Of a stretch of DNA of 64,000 nt, positions 27,076 through 40,000 are shown piece after piece. A program made the position numbers and the translations under genes. Numbering within the stretch: the first letter of the stretch is position 1; every line of letters begins with the position of its first letter. Location of the stretch: assembly GCA_024679065.1 (NCBI GenBank), contig JAGIQG010000007.1:65224001-65288000 (forward strand), given 5' to 3'. Under the pieces are notes generated by a model. It worked only from the letters and a program-made list of their open reading frames with translations. It did no database searches and was not told the origin of the DNA. The stretch comes from Sphyrna mokarran (lineage: Eukaryota).

Positions 27076-28154
27076 GGGATATCTTCAGGGATGATTTGAG
27101 GACATTCCTAAAGCGCTTCTGCTGTCTCGTTGGGAGTCTCCAGCCAGAACTAAGTTCTGAGGAAAGCAGTCACATGGGAAGTCTGGTCTCAGGCAACATA
27201 TCCCATTCTGTGATGCTGGTTTTGAGCACTGCACACATGATGATGAGCAAGTTAGTTTGGGGGAGCCAAAGCAATTGGCTGCCTCTTTTGCCATTAGATT
27301 TGGAGCATCTCGCGCGAACAATGCTGGTGATAATTTCCCAGTATTTTGAACTTCCTGCTGTTTGTCATCCAAAACAAGTGGGAGCATGGGGATTAATAAT
27401 GCTTGGTAAACCATGATCTCAGTCTCGATGCTGATCCTAAAATCCTGGCCCTCAAATACTCTTTCCCTCAGACAGCTGAAGCGCATTGATGATGAATTTC
27501 ATCGTCCATGTCTGCCTTTTCAAGAGGAGGTGTCCACAATACAGAAAATGGTTCAGATTTTCCAGGATCTTTATTACCACAGTCTTGCTCACAGACATCT
27601 TTGACCATCATCTTTTATCCTCCAATAATTTAGCCTTGATGTTTTAGTGAATCGACATCCGTGTTTCAGATCACACAAAAAAATTAGAAGGAAATCAGAT
27701 AGATTTGTGCTTTCTTCAGGATCTTCACCTTCTGCTGACTCCAAACTATCTAGCTTTTTAATTTCTGAAACTGCTCAGCCAGTTCTGCTGAGTATGCCTG
27801 GTTCACTACACTCCTCTGATATCTAGGTAGATAAAGACTTATCTATGCACTTAACATGGCAGTTACAGACAAATAAATCTCAGTTCTCGGAACAACTTTT
27901 GAAAATGCCCTATTTGTTCAGCTTCACCCATATCTACCAAAATACCATCACTCAGAGTAATCATGTTTCACCCATGCCATTCTTACTGGAAAATGTAAAT
28001 CACAAGGACTTTCCTCCACTGGTTTCTTGGACAAAAGTGTGGCAATTTATAATACAGAGTACAGCTGTTCCACCTTTATTCTGTAAGATTCATCGCAGAT
28101 TTAATCACTCTGTGGCCATCGCAAATGGAAATATTAGGCAACATTTTTCCTTGT

Positions 28155-28500
28155 CAATGAAAAATGTCCAATGGAAGGTTCTACAAGGCACTGGTGTTCC
28201 TAAAATCTTCTTGAGACTGATTCAAGACCTACATTATGACACAGAAGTACAAGTGCAAGTAGGGAATCATAAGTCTGAGATTTTCTATACCAACCCTGGA
28301 GTAGGGCATGGGCATTTCCTGCTCCACCTCTGTTCTATCATGCATTGGGCTGGATCACTGACTGCATTATTGGCACCAGCATTATTCATTTTTTCTGACC
28401 TGGACTGCACAGCTAATATCACCCTGTTTGGTCTAAATGTATTGGAAAGTTTAAATCACAAGCACTGGGGTCCACTGGTTTCTTAGGCAAAAGCAAAATT
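28155..28500 (+). mobile_element. RTE-clade reverse transcriptase remnant
   Basis: ORF 27845-28486 contains WKVLQGTGVPKIFLRLIQDLHYDTEVQVQV...F.TNPGV.HG and SDLDCTANITLF (decayed DLDYADDI). Confidence 0.7.
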
Positions 28501-29719
28501 GCTTAGTCACAATGTAACTACGGTGGTTTGGTTTTTACACTACCCCTCTGGTAGATTTGAAGGCAGGGGGAATTGCATAAGATCGATTTAACCGGTTACC
28601 CCAATTCACTTAGGGTCATCGATTTTACCTATAATGGAGGTGCCATTGTGCAACATGTCTGCCAGTGGTTAAATTGAAGGCCTTAAGTGGGCAACTATGG
28701 GTCTCATCCCACTACCACCACTGAGGTTTAACTGGAAAACTGCCAGCCTCTGATTGTCCAGCAGCTCACTGAGACATGGCTTTCTGTTCCTGAGGAGTAG
28801 AAGTCATTTCTAGTAATGGTCAATTTACCATTAAATAGTTGCTGGGCAGCCATGATTTCCCCTGGGCAGACTACCCCCTGATTTATTAACTGGGGGATGG
28901 GGGCCTATTTATTATATTTGATGGGGAAAACCAAGAAAGCAGTGAACACCTTTATCTCTCCCTTTAATACCCTGATTAAAACCATCTCTTTGCCAAGCTC
29001 TTGGTATTCCTCCTAATAGTTACTTGTTCGGCTTAATATCCATTTTTCCCTTAGGCCTTTTTTCGATGTTACATATACGAAATAAATGCAAGTTAATGTT
29101 ACTGCTTTTGAACCCATCTGTTAAAATGTGTTCCTTTTTAATCTTATCTCCCACTTCTCACAATCTAATTACTTCTTCAATCTTTAACATCAATTAGAGC
29201 TTGGCACATAGCTATTTGAAGTAGGATTTAAATATGGCACAATAATAATGACTTGAATCTGTACAAACTATCACTGGGCTCTGAGTAATAAGAGCTGTAA
29301 ATTTAAATTTTATATAGCATTTAATAATCTGTGATAATAAGTTACCTTCTCAGCTGCCAACTTCCACTGTGGATCAGTAGCAAGGAATTGCTTTAAAACC
29401 CTGGGGTTTGTGAGCGATAGCTATTATCACGATATCACTAAACTAAAACTCAAAATATAATTAGTCTAAGCGCCATCCTGTGTGTCAGAAATAAATTCAT
29501 GACTCTTAATGTCAGTGAATAAGAGTCTTCACTAAGTGACATTATAGACAGTGGAAAAGATCACTACAAGTAACCACATAAAGCACAGGCTAGCAAAACA
29601 ACTGGAAGGATTCCACCAGAATAAAGAAAACGAGCACAAGGTGCAGGGAAAATTCATTTTGATCTATTTTTGTGCACGGGGATAGCAATGTGTAATCGCC
29701 TGCCCCTGATCCTATTCAA

Positions 29720-30106
29720 ATATGATGTGGAGATGCGGCATTGGATTGGGGTGGGCCCAGTAAGAAATCTCATAACACCGGGTTAAAGTCCAACAGGTTT
29801 ATTTGGTAGCACACCGAAAGCTTGTGCTACCAAATAAGCCTATTGGCCTTCAACCTGGTGTTGTGAGACTTAGTCATAGAGTCATAGAGGTTCTTCGGCA
29901 TGGAAACAGGCTCTTCGGCTCAATTTGTCCATGCCGCCCTTTTTTTAAAACCCCTAAGCTAATCCCAATTACCCGCATTCGGCCCATCCCTCGATATCAT
30001 CATATCCATATAACAATTTAAATGATTTTTAAAAGATAAAATTGTACCCGCCTCTACTACAACCTCTGGCAGCTTGTTCCAGACACTCACTACCTTCTGG
30101 ACTTCT
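29720..30106. mobile_element. Penelope-like element with inverted terminal structure and a 10-bp TSD
   Basis: Inverted arms of about 49 bp at 29765-29813 and 29823-29871. Flanking direct repeat tcctattcaa at 29710-29719 and 30107-30116. Confidence 0.8.
29872..30099 (-). mobile_element. CR1-clade LINE 3' end inserted into the Penelope fragment
   Basis: Tail agtcatagagtcatagagg...ggaaacaggctcttcggc and body ...ctctggcagcttgttccagacactcactacc, flanked by duplicated gactt. Confidence 0.85.
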
Positions 30107-30511
30107 TCCTATTCAACTAAGCAATACATGAACTTCATGCTGCCTCCTCAGCATCGAACCTAGCATGGAAAGCATTTCTGACTGGTGACTTGTTGAAAGT
30201 GGGGCCCAACCGCGTGCTTGCATAACATCTGCTTCAGTAAACCTGTACTTCTGAGAGGCAGCCTTCTCCCTTAAAGGGGAAATGTGTTCAGTGTACAGAA
30301 TTTTCAGCTCATCGTCGACACAAGACGTTTAGAGAGGCAAAAAAACAGAAAGTGGAGCCACAAGAGTCAGAACTCCAAAGTTTTCAAATGTCACACTGGA
30401 CGCTGCTTTTTAGCTTAACTTGACATTTCCTGGGCATTTCAAAAATGCAATATTCTTAAGTGCAAAGAGCAGACATTTAAATGTTATATATCTAAACAAT
30501 ACTAAAGATTA

Positions 30512-30647
30512 GGGCTAGAATGTTATGGCCGTTCACGCAAGTAGGTTTTTCCCATCCCACTGCAGTGAACGAAGATTTGGTTGGCCACCAAACTGTCCAA
30601 ACTCGATGCAGCAAGAGCGTGGTGTGAACAGCTAGAAAATCACACCC
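30512..30647. mobile_element. 136-bp MITE flanked by TA
   Basis: ta|gggctagaatgttatggccgttcacgc ... ggtgtgaacagctagaaaatcacaccc|ta; imperfect TIRs of about 27 bp. Confidence 0.7.
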
Positions 30648-30936
30648 TACAATTACATTTTCCTATCAAATTTGGTGTTTGTGTTAACTTTTATATGTAC
30701 TATTTTAATGCAGCTGTCTTGATACAGCGAGATGAGCAGAGTAGATGAATTGTCTACATATTTTTGCAGGAGGCACTGGTATCTTCATCACAGTGATGTC
30801 AGCTGTGACTCAGTTGATAGCACCCTTGCCTCTGAATTGCAAGGATTCTAGATTCAAGACTCACTGCGAGGCTTGAGCACAAAAATCAATGCTGACAGTC
30901 CAGAGCACTGCTGAGGATGTCCTGCACTGTTGCAAG

Positions 30937-32970
30937 TTTGATTTGATTTGATTTATTATTGTCACATGTTTAACATACAGTGAAAAGTATTGTTTCTTGC
31001 GCGCTAAATAGGCAAAACATACAGTTCATAGAGAAGGAAACAAGAGAATGCAGAATGTAGTGTTACAGTCATAGATAGAGAAAAATCAACTTAATGCAAC
31101 TTAAGTCCATTCAAAATTCTGACAGCAGCAGGGAAGAAGCTGTTCTTGAATCAACTGATATGTGACCTCTGACTTTTGTATCTTTTTCCCAGCGGAAGAA
31201 GGTAGAAGAGAGAATGTCTGGGGTGCATAGGGTCCTTAATTATGCTGGTTGCTTTGCCAAGGCAGCAGGAAGTATAGACAGAGTCAATGGATGGGAAACT
31301 GATTTGCATGATGAATTGGGCTACATTCACAACTTTTCATAGTTCCCTGTGGTCTTGGACGGAACAGAAGCAATATCAAGCTGTGATACAACCCGAAAAA
31401 ATGCTTTCTATGGTGCATCTGTAAAAGTTGGTGAGAGTCATAGCTGACATGCCAATTTTTTTTTTGTCTTCTGGGAAAGTAGAGGCATTGGTGAACTTTC
31501 TTAACTATAATGTCAGCATGGGGGGAACCAGGGCATGTTGTTGGTGATCTGCATACCTAAAAACTTGAAGTTCTTGATCCTTTCTACTTCATTCCCGTTG
31601 ATGTGCACAGGGCCATGTTTTCCCTTACACCTTCTGAAGTCGATGACAATCTTCTTCACTTTGTTGACATTGAGGGAGAGATTATTGTTGGCTCACCAGT
31701 TCATCAGATTCTCTATCTCATTCTTGTGCTTTGTCTCATCATTGTTTGAGATCCGACCCACTACGGTAGTGTCATCAGCAAACTTGAAAATCAAGCTGGA
31801 GGGGAATTTGGCCGCACAGTCACAGGTGTATAAGGAGTATAGTAGGGGGCTGAGAACACAGCCTTGTGAGACACCGGTGTTGAGGATGATCATGGAGGAA
31901 ATGTTGTTGCCTAAGCTTATTGATTGTGGTCCGTGAATTAGGAAGTTCAGGATCCAGTCGCAGAGGGAGGTGCTGAAGCCCAGGCCACAGAGTTTGGAGA
32001 TGTGTTTCGTGCGAATGATAGTGTTGAAGGCTGAGTTATAGTCAATAAATGGGAATCTGATATAGGTGTCCTTGTTATTTAGGTGTACCAGGATTAGTGC
32101 AGAGCCAGGCAGATGGTATCTGCTGTGGATCTGTTGCGATAGTAGGCAAACTGTTGTGGATCCAGATAATCCGGGAGGCTGGAATTGATTTGTGCCATGA
32201 CTAGCCTTTCAAAGCACTTCATAATGATGGATGTCAGAGCCACCGTCTAATAGTCATTAAGCACGCTGCTTGGCTTTTCTTAGGTACTGGGATGATAGTC
32301 ATTTTTTGAAGCTGATAGGGACCTCAGGTTGTTATAAAAAGAGGCTGAAGATGTCTGTGAATCTTTGCAGAATCTGAGTGCAAGCCCAGGTACCCCATCC
32401 GGGCCAGTTGCTTTCCATGGGTTGACCTTCAAGAAGGTTGCTCTGACATTTGCAATGGTGACTCCAATACAGATTCATCCAGGGCTTCCAGGGTGCAGGG
32501 CATGCTGTCGCTGACCTCTTGCACAAAACAGGCAAAGAACGTATTGAGCTCATTAGGGAGGGGTGCGGTGGAGCTGGCGATTTTACATGCCTTCACCTTG
32601 CAACCTATTATGTCTCGCAGACCTTGCCATCGTCGGCAGGGTCGGTGTGGCTAGCCTGAGACTCTAGCTGGGTCAGGTACTGTCTTTTGGCATCTTTGTT
32701 GGATTTTCTTAGATTGTATCTGGCTTTCTTGTATAGTGTCACCAGACTTGAACGCCTCAGACCTGAGCTTCAGCAAACAGTGGATATCCCTGTTCATCCC
32801 TGGCTTTTGGTTGGGGAACACAGTCTTCCACACACTTACTAATGAAGTCAGTTGCTGTAGTGGCGTACCTGTTCAGGCTGGTCACAGAGTTTTACTGACT
32901 AGTCCACTGCCTCCAAGCAGTCTCATAGGAGATTATCCAATTTCTCAGACCAACATTGCATGACTTTCTT
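30937..32970 (-). mobile_element. Rex1/Babar LINE, 5'-truncated, decayed RT
   Basis: NTGVSQGCVLSPLLYSLYTCDC...KFADDTTVVGRISNNDET and FPNQKP.MN motifs; 3' tail caataataaa(tcaaa)n. Confidence 0.9.
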
Positions 32971-33050
32971 TGTGGTGCTGTCTTTTAAATGCAACATTAA
33001 GCTGTGGCCCTATCTGCTTGCTCAGGTGGATGTAAAAGATCTCACAGCAC

Positions 33051-33440
33051 TGTAATGATTTCAATGAAACCCATGAGTTTGGATCTTGGAGTATGAGTTC
33101 TCTGATTGAGGTCATAATTGTCTATCCAAACAGGGAGCCTTGTCTGTATATGAAAATGGGAGTGTCGGGTCCACTGGCACTCCGGATTCGGACTTTGTAC
33201 CTGAAGCATTCTAGGGGTGGAATTTTTCCATCCCGTCTGCTGCTGGAGTTTTACCACACGGGGGCTGGGGTGGGATGTGGATCATATAAAAATTCATTGG
33301 CCTCAACCGGGAAGTTCCAGCCTTGGGGTGTGCATGGCTGGAAAATTCCGTTAATGGAATGGAATAGAGTGTGCAACTAAAGCGAATCTGAAAAAGGAGT
33401 TATTTTGGGCCTTTGAGGAGTTATTTCAGGTACCCATATA
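33051..33440. mobile_element. LTR-like insert (begins tgtaatg) containing a MITE at 33214-33352
   Basis: Second interruption of the Deu SINE. The inner element has termini ggggtggaatttttcca / tggaaaattccgt. Confidence 0.45.
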
Positions 33441-33944
33441 AGAAAAGCAGGGGAGTTATTTATCCAATATTTAGCCCTCAACCAACATTACAAAAACTCA
33501 ACATCTAGTCATTCTCACATTGTGGTTTTGGGGGTTTGCTGAGTACAAATTTGCGACCACATTTCCTACATTAGAACAATGACTACATTTCAGAAAGTAC
33601 TTCATTGGCTGTAAAGCTTTGAGGTGTCCAATGGTCATGTTAAGTCCTGTATAAATGTAATTCTTTTTTACCCCTGTGAAACTGAGGCAAAAAGGTTACC
33701 TCAACACTGCGCACCTGCACGAATGCAGCTTTGCATTATGGCCTCCCGCTACTTCTAAAAAGCTCAGGACTCTCCACCATCATACACAAGCAGAACAACT
33801 GATGGTGACTTACATGCAGGTGCAATTTTTTGAGAAGCCTTTCTCCTTCAGTTTCAATATTGGCAGTTGGCTGACTGTGCTAACAGAATTTAAAACTGAG
33901 CTACAAGGTATCAGTAAGTAGGAATTACAGTAATGGTCAAGGTT

Positions 33945-34030
33945 TGTTTTAGGGACAGAGCTAGGTTTAAGAGTTACGCTGGACCTAGGATTAGGATTAG
34001 ATTTAGGATTAGGATTACGTTTGCGATTAA
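33945..34030 (+). repeat. Degenerate telomere-like hexamer array (TTAGGA/TTAGGG-type)
   Basis: ctaggattaggattagatttaggattaggattacgtttgcgatta with 6-bp periodicity. Confidence 0.7.
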
Positions 34031-37000
34031 AAACATAATTAAGAATAGGGTATACAACTTTCAACATGTTTTATCCTACTTGCCAGGCAAACACTAAATT
34101 GTTTAATAGGTCATTAGCTAAAACGCTATCATCGAAATACTTGCATTCTGAAAGATTATTTTCAGTAGATAAATTGCAAAATGCAAAGTGCAGCAAATGT
34201 TCAGTTGAATTTTATTTCAGCTGAGTGTGCATTGCAGTCAGTAATCATGCAATAAAATTAGACATTATGCATTAATGCTATGGGATAGCAATAATGAGCA
34301 CATTTACCAAAAATTGCTGGATAGTATTACAAAGTTTAAAAGCTTTATATAATACCTGGCTGCAGATTAGAAAGTCCCTGCACAGTTTTGCATTCTGTGG
34401 CATACATTCAAAAGTGTATTTGCATGATTCAACATTGACAATGAAATTTAGGTTGAATAAAACTGATGATATCAACATGTTGAAAAAGCTACTGGAAGTG
34501 CTCTTTTGCAATGCAAATGATGGAAACTTATTTTTGATTTTGTGTCCATTATCTTGACTGACTGTAAATAATGTTATTCACTGACAGGGTTATAGTTAGT
34601 TCTTAAACTGTTCACATACCACTGATACATCCTGACCTGTAGATATGGACCTCAGCAGTAATAAATTGCAGTGAGTGCTGCCATTGCACCCCTTCTGATA
34701 TACAGAGATGATATGCAATTAAAATCCCTTTTCACATTCCTATGAGGCTGTCAATCAGGAGGAAAGTCTTTTTGACAACACTCAATGAACCATACACACT
34801 AACCACTGAACAGGAACTTAAACAGTAACAGCCTTTGTTACAAGCTGCAGAAAATTCTATCTTGATTAGCTTTATTAGTAAGACATCTCTTTTTAAATGT
34901 TGACATGCGAGGCATTAAGAAAAGGTTGGAAGCTTACAATAACATTAAATTCTTTTCTCAAGTTGTATTGAATTCTCCTGAGTTTGGATGAAGAACTGAG
35001 AATTAAACCATTTTATTATTTCTTAATACTGCATGTTAAGTCAGCAGATCTGAATATTTTAAAGTTTAAAAAAGATGGTGGTTTTAAACATATCTGTTGT
35101 TTTGTACTTCAGAAAGTTTCAAACTACATATTTTTGTCAATTATTGTTGAGAATTGCACAATCTGACAAACATTGTCAATCATTCAGTTATCCTCTGCTC
35201 CTTAATAATTCAAAGGTATATTTCCATCTTTATTTATTGATAAAGATAGCAACGTTAAAGAATGTAACATTTTTCCAAATCCAATCTAATTCCTTTGTAT
35301 GATTCCACATTCTTCCAGATTTTATCAGAGCAAAAATGGATGAATTAATCCCAAACTGGGGCCATGTTCAGACTTCGGACTTACGTTGGCTGTAACAGTC
35401 CAACTGCCACAATGCAATTCTTTTGTGACCTTCAAAAATCATTAGTAAGGTGAACTGGGAGTACTGTAATGAGTGGATGATAGTTATCTGCTTTTACATT
35501 CAGCCACTCCTGGTCTTCAATCTATCCTAAATAGCTGTAATTTCCCACAACCCTCATGAAATGCTGGCAATTTCTGAGCTGTATATACTTAGAGGCACCA
35601 ACACCAATTATTTCTTATGTAAAGGAACTAAAAAGTATACTTGGGAGCAGTCGAGTGATGGCAATTCAATCTATGGTTGATTTCCTCCTTTAGAAAAATT
35701 GGTATAGTATCAGTGATCTATTCAATTCATTTGGTGCCAAGTCATTTGATACCACTTCTTTAAAAGCACCATTTATTGAACAGAAATATGTTTAAAATGT
35801 GAAATTGCACAAACACAACTAACTATAACCCTGTCAGTGAATTTCATCATGTATAACAGCACTCTATGAGGTTCAGTTTTATTATCTGTTCCATTTCATT
35901 GCAGTAGAATGTGTTAGCACATTTTCAACTGAAAACCTTATAATGGAAGCATACACTATTTCTGATAGTGTATGAAACAAAACTCTGTTCAAAGTAGGAG
36001 CATAATCATAGATAGCAAAGCATTACATTGGTCTGACTCAGTGCTGAACTGCTCTTTTAGATCCAGTTAATGAAACAAACATAACAATGCATCTATTATT
36101 TCAGGGAATAACTTCTATTCTGTTAATTTTATCTCTATTTCTGTCCAAGTATTGAATCATGAAGTTTTCGCTTAACTGAATTTGTCATAAGGCTCATAAA
36201 GTTGGTACAGTATTCTCAAAAAACAATTGATTTCTTGTAGGTCAAGTCTTTTGCTTTTATTTCATCATTTGTAGTTTCTAACATATTGAAATGTTTTCTT
36301 GAATTTTTTAACCCTCTTCCTCTGCTGAGCTCTTTCTCCAGATTGTACAGCCAGTAAGAAGGTTGTGTAGTTGCTTTGTATTAACTTGCAACGCAAGTAC
36401 TATCTAGTTTATTTCCTACTAGTAGCAGTTGTGTATTTTTCCAGTGAGATCTGCATTTCCCATACTGCAACAATTGTTCACTTGCACTAATGCTGATCTG
36501 AACTGAAAAAAGTGTTCACAAATACAAATTGGAAATTTCAAACACTGATTATGATCGAAGCTCAAAGTAGCAAGCTCAGCTGCGTGCCATGTTTTCTACC
36601 CGAACATAAGGTAACTTCTCTTGCCTCCATAAATTATGGTGGCATTTAATGATGCCATTATTCAAACAATATGCTCTCTTTGGTTACTATTTGTTTACAG
36701 AAATCATGGGCTTAAATTCTGTTTTAAAGACTGCAAATCAGCTGTCACATCCTCAAAACAACAGCAACTATACTTCAGAATAACTACACTTTAGAACATT
36801 CTGAAGATGGGGCAGACATTACATAAAAATATACTCTTCCTTTAGTTTTGATTCAGTCTGTGATACTTATCCAGCTACTTTATTAAACAGGTCAGAAAGT
36901 ACACAACTACCATCATCAACCCAAATTAAGTACAATTAACATGATCACGCAAAATCTGGCTCCCTAGGTTTCATGTTTCTAAATGAGGTGAACACAGATG

Positions 37001-40000
37001 CATCTTTACTGTAGCAGTAGTGACAAGTACACACTAATGAGTGTCACATATGGAGCATGGCATAGCTGATCAAACTACTGTTTCCACTACAACACAGACT
37101 AGAAAACAGGAACTCCAACAGTGGACAACTCTGTTTTCTTGGCAAAAAGCCTGCAGGGTGCATTGTTGTGTTTGAAAACACATACTGAGAATTAAATTTT
37201 GATGTACTGTACCACATTAACTTAACAGCAATCTTTATAAATACCATTATAAATTGAAGCACAAATATTTGCAGCTGATGGATTTCCGAATTTTATTTTT
37301 ATATTATAAAGGTACATTAAATACCAAACAATTTGAGATTCAGTGCTGCCATATGGTCAGAATTTTTCTGTTGTTAGTTTTTTTCCAGATTGTTCCTAGT
37401 TTGCATTTTGCATTAGCAATTCTTTCTTTTGTCAAGTTCTTTTGTCTGCACAAAATTGGCAGCAGTCCAGATTCAAAGTAGACCTATTCATTTGCTGACC
37501 ATATAACCAATGCCATTCTAGTTCACATCAGCCTAGAGAGCTAAGCTCTAAAAGAGAATAAAAGACTTGCTTCACCACTGACGAATGGTGTATATATTTT
37601 TCTGTGTTAAAAAGGTAATACCATGTCTGAAACTAACAATATAACTTATAATTTCTCATTCACAAGCAAGCAGCTGCTGAAATACTCATCACATAAAAAC
37701 TTCATTAACTGCCAAAGCAAACCTCACAGCTAAACTGTCACCATCATCCAAACTGCGAACTGAAAAGGTGTAAGATTTGAAAGCTGAAAATGTGCCACTT
37801 ATGCATTGATATATAGTGAAAATAATGCATGACAACAGTAGAAAGTACACATAAAAGTATGAGTGAGAGGAATGTTGTAACGATTAAACTCAAAGTATTG
37901 AATAAAAATAGATTTTTATTGCTGAAAATACAAAACAAATCAGACTACAGTAGCACTACACTTGCTTATGGCTCTGTTTTAAAATAATTTTCTGTTTAGT
38001 GTTTAATCAGGCAACCTCCCCTGTCTACTTGGAATAATTTAAATAGAGCTGCATTTAAATATATAATGTTCATCTGTAACCTTCCCCAAAAATTTGCATG
38101 TGGTTTCCTTTAAGAGTTTTATTGTAACTTTATTACTATTTACTTAACATGTTGGTAAAAAGTGAAACAAACTGGAACCATTTAGATGTGTTATTTATAA
38201 GTCTCTAAAACATAACATGTTTGAAAATAACTGCTGTAATAAAAATAATGTAATTGGGAATAAATTAACATTTTTAAAAAGAACTTAGTATGGAAATTAA
38301 AATTAGATGCTCAAACAATACTATTGGACAATAGGAATAAAAGCAAATTCTCTAAACATCTAGTGAAGTTCAGAAATAAAATTCCCATGCATTGAACTGC
38401 ATGATGAATTAAACTAATACTTCTGTAAAACTATGAAAATGTTCATTTTGAAGATTAAGGTTCAAATTACTAAAAATTGAATATATAACTTTGCAAGTCT
38501 TCTTTATTTTCTTGTCCCCACTGATTACCACCACAGAAGTTGTCCTCCATGGCATCTGTTTATTTGTGACTGTCCAGTGTGATGCCAGAAATACTTAGGT
38601 TTCTGGGGTGGTAATATGTTATTTAAAACTAGATTAGTTTGTTAAGTGTTCTGAGGGTCACTTCAGGTTTGACCTCTTCTGTGTGTATCAGTCAGACAAT
38701 GATGTATCATTAACGCATAGCAGCTGTATCCCAATTGATGCCATGAACATAACAGCTTTTTATAGCCATCAAGGGAGTATAGATAGGGTTCTTTCATTAA
38801 CCACTAAATGTGATTATTACATTATACGACCTGTACTTTTCTAAATAGCTCATTTGTTCAAATGTTGCTAGTTTCTGAAAAGTCGATACACGCAGTTACT
38901 GAATTACTGCTGTAGCATTTTCGTTTATTTATTTGCTGTATTTTGCAACAAGTTAAAGAGTATTTAAAAGACTGAAAATAAATGGCTTCTTACATAGTAA
39001 AGAGCAACCGTGGGCAATTCACAATAGCTACTAATGATATATGGTTGACTGGAGAAAACGGCACCCTGTGCCATTTATCAGAAAGGTCAATTCTTACTCA
39101 TAAGATTCAAATGCTCACAAAGAAAATGATAGTTTCACTAAAACAAATCAAATAAATCACCAGCATCTTATGGAAATGAATGAACAGATATGGCAATGAT
39201 TTCAAAACTGATTAGGATTCACTAGAAAGATATTGCACTGGCAAGTTAACAATTATTTTCTCATAACAGGCAAGTTAATACCATTTTGAGAATTGTGCTA
39301 AGTGAAAAATAATAGGTTATGTATAACAGATAACAACTTGTGGGACATTTGGATTGGCACCAGAGTCCACTAGTACACGGAAAGGAATGATAAGCACTCA
39401 ATACCTTTCCGCCTTTTCAGAAAATAATTCATTATATGTCAATTTATTAATTTTATCCATTTTTCATTGACACAAATGAAGACTCAGATGTTGTTGCAGA
39501 TAATTACAAGAGAAAGGAGACTTGAGAATGAATTACAAGGCTGTAATCCAGTCATGAGTGCAGTTGACATTACAAACCAAGAAGCATTCTATAAATGTAA
39601 TCTTAAACACCAAGACTGGGCTAGCCTCAAAGTTAACTACACCTGTTACTTTCACTTTTACAAGACATTGAGAATGTTCACATATATTAAAAATTATGGT
39701 CTTTTTTAACATAAAATGCTCTATTTCAACTGCTAAACATTTTACTAAATGACACTTCATTTAATTTTGCATATCATTTTGCATGAGAAGATACAGGAAA
39801 AAGCCTAAAGGTGATTGTGTATTAATCTAAAGAAAGGGGGAAAATACATTACACACATGGACATTATATTCAACTGTACATTGTAAGCCAAAAAAAACAA
39901 AGACTTTTTTTTTGCTTATCTGTGCTTACTTACTTGTTTCATCAAAGTTAATGGCACCAAAAATAAAATAGTGCACCTGTCCATGATTTACCATGCTACT

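Larger units (their letters stand above)
25800..27540 (-). mobile_element. RTE-clade LINE 3' portion, interrupted by two insertions
   Basis: Minus strand 27486-27075 encodes LRERVFEGQDFRIS..IMVYQA. Minus strand 26060-25800 ends in the C-terminal GRICRL..HLIS.LRTH motif typical of RTE elements. Confidence 0.75.
30795..33670 (+). mobile_element. Deu-domain SINE split in three pieces (30795-30936, 32975-33050, 33441-33670)
   Basis: The tRNA-like head plus gctgacagtccagagcactgctgagg, the middle ctcaggtggatgtaaaagatc, and the 3' part gcaggggagtt...aagtacttcattggctgtaaagc...tataaatgtaattc are collinear once the inserts are removed. Confidence 0.85.

Noticed and set aside
27845-28486. Longest ORF (213 aa) as a host gene
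   Set aside because: The C-terminal half is a decayed RTE reverse transcriptase with a broken catalytic motif; the N-terminal half is unrecognisable.
37735-37770. cag|TTTGGATGA on the minus strand as TOX exon 2
   Set aside because: Reads FG* immediately and does not encode FDGENMY. The similar site near 21370 reads FDTK*.
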